Shown: positions 45,701 to 58,100 of the stretch, piece after piece
Layout: every line of letters starts with the position of its first letter
How positions within the stretch are numbered: position 1 is the stretch's first letter
Origin: Ascidiella aspersa
Taxonomy: Eukaryota
DNA: 64,000 nt
Reading direction: 5' to 3'
Assembly: GCA_963924565.1 (NCBI GenBank)
Contig: OZ004608.1
Coordinates: forward strand, 33,108,001-33,172,000
Program-made: the position numbers and the translations under genes
The notes under the pieces: generated by a model
The model's database searches: none
What the model saw: only the letters and a program-made list of their open reading frames with translations
What the model was told of the DNA's origin: nothing

Positions 45701-48700
45701 AAAGCAGCATCAGTAAAGGAACGCCTTATCGCGCTGCGCCCGGCATACCTTGCGGCCCGAAAAGCGTTAAAGACCTCGCCAAATTGCCAATTACGAGACG
45801 CCAGTGGCACGTATTGGGCGGTGGGCGAGACTACGCCGCGATTTTCGCGAAACCCGGGACTTAATTGCAGCGAATCTGCGCCTTAATTGTTCATGCCGGG
45901 CTCACGTAGACGAACGATTAGCGTCGAATTTGTTTTCACCGCTGCTTGCAACACGAATTGCCGGTTGGCGTTTCCACGAAAAGGCTTGTTTGTGTGACTT
46001 GTTGTACCGGCACCCTGTTGGAAAAACTGCTGTAATTGCGCAGACGGTCTTGTTTACAGACAACATGGACCCCCTAATTTAAAAATATCGTGGATCCCAT
46101 GAATCTTGTGACGTTTTGCAAGGGGGCTCGTCGAAATGTGCTGAATTTTACTGATGGTTTTACGAATAAACTGGTGACGTGAACGTGCTCCCAACTTTAA
46201 TATCGGTTTCGTATGACTCACCAAAAGCCCAAATAGTAGGGGGTTTAAATAAAAGGGATATAACCCGTAAATTTAAGCCATAGGCTGAGCCGTTTGTTAA
46301 CGTTGTAATTAATCTAATTTTCACGTTATCAATCCAAGCAAATCATTTTCATATCTGATATTTCGTATAAATCCTTAAGCAGTCGTAATTTTTCGGTGGC
46401 CAAGTTCTTTCGACACAAAAGCGCTTAGCTATACATACACACTTTAAAAAAGTTGAACAAATAACCTCGATTCGGCAAGAATCGGCTTCTTCGATTTCGG
46501 ACGTCGATTGCAGGCTAATCAAATTTTCTCGAAGCCCAAATATTTGCCCACTCTGTTAACTGGTTTCAGCGCGTAAGGTTTTTTATCGGGTGTTTTACAT
46601 TGGCCGAAATGGGATTAGCGGATTTTCCGGTCCGCCGCTTAACCACGTCCTGGCGTGCGCATGCGCAAAACACCCCCACCCCATGGCTACATTCCTCGTT
46701 GGGAGAATTCGTTGCGTGTTGCTGACATTTTCATTCATAAAATTGCGTAGAGTTTGAAGTCGCCATTTAACAGCGAACATCCACAGGAAATTACCATTAC
46801 TTTAAAGTCGTTTGTTAAGTTGTGGACGGTAGGAAGTAATTTATATTTTTCTTGTATATTTGTATCTTTAACTAATTGCAAACGATTTTGATGTGTAGAG
46901 TATATATGTGTACACTACACTCCTTAGCATCAGCAAGCCTTTTAACATAAATTAACGATACCTGACAAGAAATGGTAAGACTAAAAAATCAAAATGACGC
47001 TATAGTATAGACTAATGAGTTTTAATTACAAAAAACGTTTCCGAAGTAGCTGGCGATACTCATATTAAGTAAATTAAATAATAAAACAAAAACAACGATG
47101 GGCAAATATAATACCTAATAAAAAACTATTTTAACACGTTTTTTAAAGTTTAAGTCCACCTATTTTTTCTAATTTCTACTAGGCAAGCAATTACACGCCA
47201 AGGCCCCTTTACTCCCAAACGGTTTCCTACTGCTTTCGCTCATTTCACCCCAATCGTTTAAACTGACCGCTCCGTCATTTTAACTGACCGATCGAACAGT
47301 CGAAATGCGATTAGGGCCCGCCCCGGTATTTTGACCCATGTTTGTGGTTGCTGCACCCCTGGTTTTCTCCCACGCTAGCCCCAGCAAATCACCCCTGCCC
47401 TCATGTTTGAGTTGGATTTTGTTTCGCTTAGATTGGGGCGCGGGTTTGTTGTGTTTTGCTGTTTTAAGCCTCGTCAGATTCCAGTTGATTTTGTTTGTGG
47501 CCGTAATCCTTCCGATTAACTTTGAGGCATGCTAAAGTGGCTCTGTTGAAGTTTAGCTTGGTTGAGTGCCTTAAAGTGGCAAAAATAAAAACAATTAACA
47601 CGAATAAATCTTCAGAAGGAACCTGATGCTCATACGTATACTTTAACGCGATCATGACACACATATCTCTGTTTTCTGAAAGAAATTGGGCGCGATTTAG
47701 ACGTTATTCTATAAAAAAAAGCGCACACCTAGTTTACCAAGTAAGATGCTATACAAAGGGGAATTTAGTCCGGAGCTCCTCACACATTTATCGATCAAGC
47801 AAATTACATCTCTAACGATCACAGCAACACCGCATAAATAGTCCCAATCGAAGATCCGGTACTTCCAAGAAAAAAAAATCATAAACCGAGGCGCCGTAAA
47901 GTCGTTTGTCATAATCACGCGGCGGAAATGGGCGCATTCATCGGCCAACCCAATTAACGGCGATCGAATGCCTCGCCCCGTCTTGTTTTGCCCGCGAAAT
48001 TGTGTAAGCATTGATGCTTCGAGTGCTGGACGCTAGAATTTACAAGTGCTCATGAGAGGTTCCGGCGCTGTCTAAGCGTCTACCGTTGGCGCGATATCGA
48101 CTTTGTATAGCTATAGCTCGATCGCAACCGACCGATTCCAGGTATTTTCCTTCAGCAGAAAGGCAGGTCGCGAAATGCGTGCCGAAGGATGCGAAATACC
48201 GGGCAGTGTAATGGCCACCCTCTGTCGTGCTTTCGGCGCGCAAAGCAACAAAGACAGATCGGACCTCAAGCGACCTGCAAGGCCGACGCCCGATAATTAT
48301 ATCGCGTCGCTGACTTCCCCGTGTCAATCGCTGTGTCACTTAGCCGTTCGTCATGCCAAACTTATCAGCCGCATTTTTAACTGGGCACATTAAAATGAAT
48401 TTTCGACCAAGGGTTACATTAACTAAAGTTTTAAAAGCGGTATTTGACTTACGTAATTTAGGATTGCTGCCACTGAAATTTGCACCAAACAACAAGTCAA
48501 TAAATAGAAGAAAATGCCTCTCGTTTAATGTTATTTGAACCTCAATTTCTTGATTTTAAAATCGTTTTTGAACACGAGTGATTTGCTTTAATTGAAGCTG
48601 GGACTTTCCGCAGAGCGAATTCAGTTTGCCGAGACAAGCCCGACTTTGTTGTGTCCATTTTTCGGGGATCGGTAATCGTCGATAAATGTCGGCAATTTAA

Positions 48701-50448
48701 ATCGAATTACGCGTTAAACCGACGCGCTAATTTACACGGAAATGTTTTGTGGTTTACGGCGGCGTAGAAGTTTCTCGAAGTTCGCAAAAGAAACAACCGT
48801 TTGTAAACAACGAAAAGAATGTCTCCCTATATGCCCATGCTTTTTCAACTGGCATCCGTGGATCCCTTAAGTTTACGTAGATCTCTTTTCGGGGCCATTA
48901 AGGCATAATTAAACTTTTAGTGTTTAATTAAAAAATCTTTTAATTTAAAAAAAAAATTTTTGATTTAAGTAGAATGTTTAAAAAAACGCTGTTGGGCCTT
49001 CGTGTACGTTAACTCATTTCCAGTTCATATTGGTGCATGAGTTTGATCTAAAACAGCAGGTTCTTAAATCTACTTGTTTTATGTTGTCAATACATTACAT
49101 ATTACTTACCCTGGGCCACGCGATTGTATGACAGTGGGTCGCCTTAAAATAGTTTTACAACTCCTTTATCCTACGCAATGAAGTAAAAAATTGGATGAAA
49201 CTCGGCAATAAAATGGCGGATCAAGCCTGTTTACATCTCTGACTGGCTACAAGTTTAGGTCACGGCGGGCAGGTCGGTCAGGGCCACCGTTTGACACCAG
49301 TCGGGGCGTCTACGTCCGTGAGAAGCAATGTACAGCGACTGGTAAATCCAAACCTGCATCCCGACGCACCGGTCGAGGCCCTGTGCGGGCCGTGTTTGTT
49401 GCTTTTAATCTGCTTTCCGACGCTCGTCGCTTGACAGCAAGCAGAGCTGCAGGTCACGGCCTTTTGGAAAGTGTCGCGTTGATTTTAATGCGAACGACGA
49501 GATGCTACACCATTTTTAGCCGCCCTATTTGCAAAAGATGCGTTTTTGAAGTTCGACTGTGAACATTATGCGATGAGTATTTTTTTGAGTAAAGTTTGCC
49601 TTTTTGTTTAGGCCATCAGCATCCTATGGGTTTAAGTTACTTTCATGTTGTTTTATTTTTGAAGTCTCGAATACGAACAATTTCTGTGTAAAATTTGTTA
49701 AACGAACTATTATGGAATTTGCTTCCCAACTTTGTTTATAACAGGCGTAAATGGCACCAAAACATTGGCGACCAATAATTGTCGCATACATTTTGTAAAA
49801 AAACGCTAACGAGGGGCATATAAAGTCTTTGAAACAACGGTACAAAACAGTGAAACGCATTGAACAAGTAAGTTTTAAATGTGGACTTTTACATTTGGCG
49901 GCCAAGTCAAAACAAACCGTGCTCCAAGAAAGTTTCGCTCCTTTGGAAGACAAATAAAAACACAGAGTCAGTAAGAGCCTAAAAATGTGTATGTAATTGT
50001 ACATCATTAGACTTGTATTCACTCGCCTTATAAGAACAACTATATATTTACGAGATCAGTGATGTCGGTCGATTTGGCAGCGTCCAATGACAGGCAGGCT
50101 CGTGGTAACTGCTGCCAGGGTCGCCTCGCCTTGCCGTCAACACCAACGTATAAATACAATGACAGATTTGACAAGCGCCTCGTCCGAAGGCCTGTGGGTT
50201 TTTGGGGACGCTCTTAAAACAAACAACATCAGCAGCGACGCTATAATGGCCAGAAGCAGCAGCGGCGGCGAGCGAGAATTACACTGAGCGCTATAAATAC
50301 TATACAAAACAGATTGGTTGTAGCCTATACTGGCCGGGAAGAAACAAGGCCTGCGTTGACAGCCACTATGTAAAAAAACAAAAATTTTTCTTTGATCAAA
50401 AATACTTTTATTTTGCGCCTTAATTTTTACTCCCTTGAACAGTTACTA

Positions 50449-50728
50449 CAGTGGTTCTCAAACGGGGTGCCGCGGCACTTTAGGGTGCCATTTTTAACGG
50501 TGGCGATAAGTATTTTAAATTGTTTAGGATTACAATTTTTGCTCCATTGGTAAGCTTCTTGATACAATTTGTTGTGTACGATAAAAAACAAAAATTAACA
50601 AGGTCAACTTTGTTGTACAGTTAATGTTCTGTTCAAATGTTGTTTATTATAAGGTCACAGTTAACCACACAGCAAAAATACGAGCAAGGGTGCCGCGAAC
50701 TATTTACAATTTCTGGAGGGTGCCGCAA
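50449..50728 (+). mobile_element. hAT MITE family A (3'-truncated) in the NK4 intron
   Basis: CAGTGGTTCTCAAACGGGGTGCCGCGGCAC start; CATTGGTAAGCTTCTTGATACAA..TTGTGTACGATAA shared with the 11563 copy. Confidence 0.85.
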
Positions 50729-50789
50729 CTGTGTGAAAAGCTATTTTCCGGGCGAAAAACAAATGGCTCAAAATGGGGGCGCCTCCCTC

Positions 50790-50993
50790 CAAGAAACTAT
50801 ACAGCTATTTGCCTGTCTGTTTACAACCCAACCCTGCTCAGTTCGAGAGTAGAAAACCGGCCCCAATACAAGGCCAAAAAGGGGACCTGCTACTTAGAAA
50901 TTGTACAGCTATTCGCTTGTCTGTTTACAACCCAACTTGACTCATTTCGAGAATGCAAAACAGACCCAAAAACACGACCAAAAAAGGTGCCCC
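50790..50993. repeat. 104-bp tandem duplication in the NK4 intron
   Basis: ACAGCTATTYGCYTGTCTGTTTACAACCCAAC at 50801 and 50905 with collinear continuation. Confidence 0.85.
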
Positions 50994-51984
50994 TGGCACT
51001 TAAACTGGCCTTTTTATCCTCTCCGGTGATCGATAGCCGATTTTTCCTTCCGACGCGCAGCAACGGTCTTCATGGCGCCATTCGGATCGTCGCTGAATAG
51101 AGAGTAGGAAGTCGAAACGCGCGCGAGAATATCGCCCCCGGCTATCTAGTTAACACAGGGCCGGGTGTGGAGTTACGGGGATTTACCCTAGGTCTGCTTG
51201 ATTGTGGAGAGGTCGATTTCCGTTGGTGTATCTCAAACGATTGTCTTCTCTGTTGTTTTTTGCGTTGTGTACTGCATCGTTGGCTCGAGTTGGGGATGTG
51301 GTTGGTCGATTCGAATAATGGTAACCGGATTTTGTTTTAAGTCTTTTAAGAGCATTCAAGTGTCTGATGTCGATTGCTTTTAGTTGTGTACTGTAACAAT
51401 ACGATATAAGGGATTCAATTTTCTCGTGGTTTGAAGAAGCGGATATTAAGAGAGTTTATAGCGGTAACACTTTATGCTTTTCCGATGTTAAATGGAAATT
51501 CATCCGTCTTTAAGTGGAAATTATTTTTTTTTTATATTTTTAATAATTTATTAAGATTGTTTACTTTCAGCTTGATTGGCACTTGATCAGATCTTTGACG
51601 AAACAAACACTTGATATCTGATTGGTGTTTAACAATATTACTCAGGACACCGATGCAGATTGTCACACTGAACATAAACTTATTAGTTATGAGATAACAG
51701 TAAAGTTGCGACAGATATCAAATGTACTCTTAACATGCCTAAATCACCTAGCCCTAGATTACGTCAATAGTTATTCCTAACGATGTTAAGACGGGTTGTA
51801 AAACATAAAAAAGAGTCTTAGCATCATCTGAACGAAGGCAAGAAACTTTTTTTTACATTTGATTGTCTTCGGGAGATTTCTTAATTCTTTCAGCTTTTAG
51901 GTATACTTAATGTATAGGCCTAAAATTTATTTAAAAAAATCCCTATAAAACTGTAATATTTTTAAACCGAACCCATTTGCTCAG

Positions 51985-52808
51985 ACTCGGAAAAGTCGGA
52001 CAACTTCTCGGAGAGCAACTGCAGCGGCGGGAGTCCGGAGGACAGCGACGGGAAGAAGAAGACGACCACCACGGGGACCTCGGAGGACGGGGGAGACGGA
52101 ACAGGCGCCAAATCGCGGCACCGAACGCGCCGCAAACCTCGGGTGCTCTTCAGCCAGGCGCAAGTCTTCGAGCTGGAGCGCCGCTTCAAACAGCAGCGCT
52201 ATCTTTCGGCGCCTGAACGCGAGCACTTGGCCCAGATCCTCAAGCTCACCTCGACGCAAGTGAAGATCTGGTTCCAGAACCGGAGGTACAAATGCAAGCG
52301 AATGCGACAAGACAAGACCCTAGAGTTGGCCAGCATCGGGCCGCCACGCCGCGTCGCCGTTCCGGTGCTGGTCCGCGATGGCAAGCCCTGTTTGGCCGGT
52401 CCCGCCGGCGCCGCTGGGCTCCAGGCCTCTCACGGCCACTACCAGGCGCCCTACAACGTGACGGTGACGCCGTACCACAACTACCCGAACTCGTACAACT
52501 CGTGCAACTACAACTCGTACTCGCACCCTGGCGCGTACAACCCGAGTGCGGCGGCAGCGGCGGCAGCTGCTTACGGAACCGCAGTTTCCGCAAGCTATAA
52601 CGGCTTCTCAGGCCCAAGTATGAGTAACGCCCAGTCCGGGGCTGTTCCTGGGTACTCGGCGCCGTCCCTGCACCCCCAGCACGCACCCCAGGTCGGGGTT
52701 TCACCCTCACCCTTCGCCCCGGCCACGGTGTCCCCCGGCCAGGTTGGCCAGGGCGCTCTGCACCATCCCCCCACCGACTACATGTACAAGCTGGGCCTGT
52801 GCACTTGA
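51985..52808 (+). CDS. NK4: NK4 homeobox gene, coding exon 2: homeodomain (52128-52307), NK2-specific domain, Tyr-rich region, poly-Ala
   Basis: Acceptor TTTGCTCAG ending 51984. Homeodomain [60 protein letters not shown] has the NK2-class Tyr54 and Nkx2-3/2-5-type residues (KPRVLF, YKCKR). NK2-SD is [18 protein letters not shown]. Stop TGA ends at 52808. Confidence 0.97.
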
Positions 52809-53726
52809 GACTTGCTGAGAAATGACGTGTTTTATTTTTTGTTTACTGTTTGAAACTTCGCGCCGGCAGTATTTTGTTTGCAACCTACTTTTTTTGGCAA
52901 GTTTGTAGGAAATTCGACGCCGTTATTCTTTTATTCGAATTTACACCAAAGCAGGAGTATGCTGGTTTCAGCTGCAAGTAAAGGACTCGTGCAATACTAA
53001 TGTTCCATTGTGCCTTCCGTAGGCATACATTCATACATACATGGACAACAGGGGTTGAACTTATTGGTCTCACATGAAACGCGAACCTGCGCCTCTGGAT
53101 CACCATACTCTGAAAACTGCCATTTTGTCGTTATTTTTTCTTTCTCGATACACTGTTCGTGGCGCACGCCATGACACTTCGACTTTTTTCGCGCATTTTG
53201 TTGCTTTGTTCTTTTATTTTCTCTTTTTTACGTTTTCTTCGTACTATTCTATTTACTCGCGCTAACCCTACGGTCGCATGCCGAAATCGCTGCTTTCTAA
53301 ACTCTTCTTTACGACGACCAACCCTTGTAGACGTGCCACTGGAAAGTAAAAAAAGTGCAGCAAAATCCTTGTTTCCAATGTGTAGGATCAAGTAAAATAA
53401 CTGACCTTTGTTCGATTCTGTATCACCTACCTCTCCATTCACAAATAAACGGGGGTGTGCAAATCACGGTACTTCCCCCACTAAGGCACTCTGCTAGGCC
53501 GGACAGACACCAAAATGCGTATTTGCGTGAAATGTGCATTTTCAGTACTAACCCCTTAAAAACAGCAGGTTTTCGGCGTCTGCTGTTTACTGGCGACGCC
53601 CGTCTTTCTTTGTGCCTTCTCGCGTTTAATTTTTTCGTGCAATTTCGTCATTTCGGAGCTGTATAGAGCCGCTGCTGGTCCAGAGTCTGACAGAGAAGTG
53701 ATATACCGGCGTTGTTTTACGCAAAT

Positions 53727-53780
53727 AATAAAAGCGGATTTTTCAACACTGAATTTACTTGACTTCTTTGTTTTGTTTTA
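53727..53780 (+). terminator. Probable NK4 polyadenylation signal (3'UTR about 0.93 kb)
   Basis: AATAAA at 53727-53732 followed by a GT/T-rich tract at about 53766-53779; an earlier AATAAA lies at 53444. Confidence 0.55.
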
Positions 53781-54980
53781 GAGTCCTTTCAGCAAAAGTT
53801 AGCAGTTTTTGATTCAGGAGTAGTCAGGGTTTACAGGTAAAGGTGTTGCAATAAATACAAAAAAATAAAAAGTATCATTAAAATTTTTATGGTCCCAAGA
53901 CATTGCCTTATTCTTGTATTTTGTCTAAATTAGACAATTTCCTCATAAACACAACAAATATTTCTATAAGATTAAGTAAGAAATGAACAGAATCAGATAA
54001 TAAAAGCGTATTTGGCATTCCAAAATAGTATTAAAAATTTAAGAAAATCAAGGGAAAAGTTAAAAAATTAGTGTAGTTTCACGCAGGTTGATGTATTTCC
54101 CAATAGGCGTTTATGTTTACAGCATGAATGCTTGGTGCTGGTGCTTTTTAATGAATCCCAAAACCCTGGTGATTTGGTCTCAGACCCAACATACTTTCTC
54201 TGTATTGCTGGTCATTTCAACGAAAGTTGTGTCAATTTAATTCAATTGTTGTTAATTAACGATACGACGATTTTTTCCAACCTTTTTTAGACTCAGACGA
54301 CCTTTATAAGACGAATTTAAGCAGGCGAATCCCACAATTTTTATAAACGATTTTAACTAAACCAAGGTAAAAAAGTTCAACTATAATTGCGTTCGTTCCA
54401 AAAAGAGCGATTTGCTTTGCAAGAGGCGTTTATGTTTACAGACTTTCTGATTTAAAATACACGATCATTAGCCAGAGGCGCACGTAATTACCCGATGAGA
54501 AAGTATGTATGGGGGTGGCAGGAATAAAAATTATCTCCCTGCTTATTGTAAACACCATTAAGCTGCGACAGCATTTAGCCGAGCTGCCCCCACAGTAAAC
54601 CAAACCCTACACATCGAGACAGAAAAAAAAACTATATACGCAGTAGAAACATCCAGGGCGGATCGGGGGCCTCTGGCACGTCAGGGCGGTAGGCAGAGAC
54701 AAAAGACGTCGCATCACAAAAGCTGCCGTTTAGTTTATCTCGCCCCGTCCCAGTCTGCCTGTCGCCATCCCCGCCACTGCGTTTGTTTTATCGCCCGTCT
54801 CTGCTGCCCTTCCATTCTCGACGGTGATTCCCCTTTTTCTCCTACTCCTCCGCTCTTTATCCCACTTCTCCCGGTGACGTATCGGCCCACACCTCTTCAT
54901 TCGTTCGGGATGCGAACGAACACAATGCGAGAATGGATGTCAAGTGCTGTCGGTCGCAAATGCACCGACGATTTGACCGA

Positions 54981-55165
54981 CTGTGAAAAATGACTTTTCG
55001 TATTGCTTCGACCCGAACCCGATTTTACTGAGATACTTTCAGCAAACGCGAATCTTTAATACAACATGTTGAGTTTCACTTATTTTTAAAGATTCGCGTT
55101 CGCTGAACGTATCCCGGCAAAATCGATCTTGGGTCAAAGTAATACGAAATAGACATTTTTCACAG
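54981..55165. repeat. Long inverted repeat / foldback (79-80-bp arms, 26-nt spacer)
   Basis: Left arm 54981-55059 matches the reverse complement of 55086-55165 at about 67/80 positions by manual alignment. Confidence 0.9.
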
Positions 55166-58100
55166 GGAACCACATGTTGGGTTTGACTTATTTTTAAAGT
55201 AACCAACCGTTTTACACACCGGATAGCAAATTTAGAACCGAAGTCAGTTTGCCCTGTAGGATTTTAATTGTAATTACTGATAGGGGGCTGGTATAATTTG
55301 CCAGTGCGAATCCTGAAGAGCCTGATCCTAGTTATATGCATAATTGGCTTGCAAGCCAACTTTTGAAATTAAGACAAAGTGTCAGAAAACGAAATTAACA
55401 CAGTCGAACAATCAAAGCATTGCTAAACTAACATTAACGCCAACCAATAATATACGATTAATAAAGCCCTTATTTACAATACATTATGGAAAAAACTGCT
55501 CACCAGCCTTTTCACATATTATTAAATGAAACCCCAAAAATGTGAAATATTTTTGCGCATTGGAGAAGCGTTTTCCCGGCGGAAATTCTTTCTAAAACTT
55601 AATTAAAAGCCCGCCCGCAATCGGCATGTGCACGGCTTATGAAATTCCGGCCCGTCAATCACTGCAGTACAACTGTTAGCGCTGAAAAGTGAACCCCGCA
55701 GTTAAACGGTGACCTAAAAAAACGGCCCTCCTCGATTTTTGCACTTTATTTTTACTCCATTTATTTAACTGTGTGACGAAATAACAAAGACCTGTTTCAA
55801 ACCTGGCTATAGTTAATCGACGAATTAATAATTGCATTACCATATACTTTTTAAAACAAAATCGCCATTTAATAATTTGAACTTTTTATTGACAATATTA
55901 AGAAACGTTTTGTAAATATATGTGTTGAACCGATTAGTTTGTTTGTGTGCGCGTTGTTATTTTTAGTCTTTATTTCTCACGGACGTTAAATGTATCGTTT
56001 TTTCGCTGTGGCACCTCACCTTTAACGCTTTATTTCTCATCTGTTTACGGCTTAACTAAGCCACGGTTTGGCAAATGGAGCCCGGGCGCCCATGCCAACA
56101 CCGGCCAAGTTTATCGGCGAACAGACAGTCTGTTGCGGCACGCATTGGCGCAAACTCGATATGTTTTTAACGACGGTTTACCCCTTTACCCCCTGGGGCT
56201 TCGCGGCCCCTTAAAACCGGAGGTGGGGACGCGTCTGGGGTCAAGTGCGTCGCGCAATATTCGGTTCGACTTTTGCGGCGAACGAGAAGTCGAAAACGCA
56301 ATATCGCCTCTAATTTGGAAGCCGCGGTTTCTAGACAACGTGGTTTATTAAACTGAACGCAAAAATATTTGTAAAAGCTTGAGAAGCGAAAAAATATGCA
56401 TTTTGCCATATAAATGGCATCATCAGTTTGTCCGCACAAATAAATAGTAGTTTAAAAATAGTAAACTATTAGTATTTATTTTTCCGCAATTTTTCGGTGA
56501 AAATCAAGTCACGCATTATAAAACAGAATTAAAACATTCAAAATACCTTCGAAAAAAAGTTAAAACCACACTTAGGAATACTTTTGTAAATAGTAAATAG
56601 GGGGGGGGGGTTGGCTTTCTGCGATCTGATGTTTTCTCGATCATGTGATATAAGTGCACATGTTTCTATATGTTTAATAGTCCTTAATTACATAAAAAAA
56701 TATATATTTTTAAACATTTATGCAAAATTTGTTAAATAATTTCAAATTACTGTTGTTATTTTTACAACATGTAATCTATTCCCTACTCTCCAAGCACTAA
56801 ACGGTAGTTTAACTCTACACTCGAAGCGCTAATTAGTCGAGTCTGCAATCAAAAGGCTAAATTGGGAATCTCGCGTGTTTCCCAAGAATATGAATAGATT
56901 TAGATTCTGCGATCGTGTTTTGGTAACGGTGTGTTTGTATAATAATTAAATATATCGTAAAAATACGCAACAACGAATAAACCTATTCCTCACATTTATT
57001 TATTCCAGAAAGTTGTGGCAAAGATAAAACGACACTTCAATGTCTAAACGCATATGTTAGGCCTTAAAAAATAGTTAAAACATAAAGAATAAAAGAAATT
57101 TCGGTGCCGAAAAAATTTAAAATCGAGCGTCAACGGTTTCAAAAGCCGAACCAAGAAACAGCGGAGAAATTAATTAAAATCGGCCGGGGTGTAGATTTAC
57201 GGAAAGATATCCGCCTTCGCCGACAACTGAGGCGGCCGCGGGCCGGACACCCTACACACAAACCCAAACAGCGGAACCCGCATAATCCCAAAACGCTGCC
57301 GCAATTTTTCGCAGAACCAACGCGCGAAAAACCCTCCTCATGGGTTAAAGAACGGTGACGTAAAGTTTTTTTCCAGGGGGGAGGGGGTTGTATCCCGTTA
57401 CAGCGCCAGCGAGACTGGGGCTCGGTTCTGGGCTGCCGACGGCGACTGGCGAGTGTCCGAAACCTGAGTAAAGGCGATACCTCGGCGCGACAAAGGCAGT
57501 AAGACAACGTTTGTTTAGCGGCCACGCTTCTGCCCTGCTACTAAGCGTGAGAAAATCTCCTCGACCGGGGCCAAGAGATTAATGGGGAAGCGAAGGTCGC
57601 TTCTGCTGGGGCTACTGGTGCGTTTTTGGGGGTATGTTCTGCTGCTGCTGTTGCTTTTTTGCTGCCGTGCCGCGATTCTGTGTTGACATTGTACACTGCA
57701 GTGTCACGCCAGGGCGAGCGGGCGCGTTTAATTACGGCAACCGGCTTTTTTCGCTCTGTTATCTTTACCTTCGGTTGCGCGGAAGTCGTTTTGCGACATT
57801 TCGGTTTGGTGGTGCCCAATAAAAGAGGCTCAAGACTTTTCACAAAAAGACACTAAAAAGGAGATTTCTTTTTCAACTTATTGTTTTGCGGAATTGTTTA
57901 TGTGGTGATATGCTGTGCTATTGACAATAACAAAATTTTGAGTTCGCAGCACGGCATTTGTATTATAAGTACCACATTATACTTAAACACATGTCCTTTT
58001 TGAAAATTGGCATTGTTTGCGACACTTAAGAGAAAAGGACACTTGGATAATACGAAAAACAGGGATCATACGTAATCAGGAATTGTAAACAATCGGAGAG

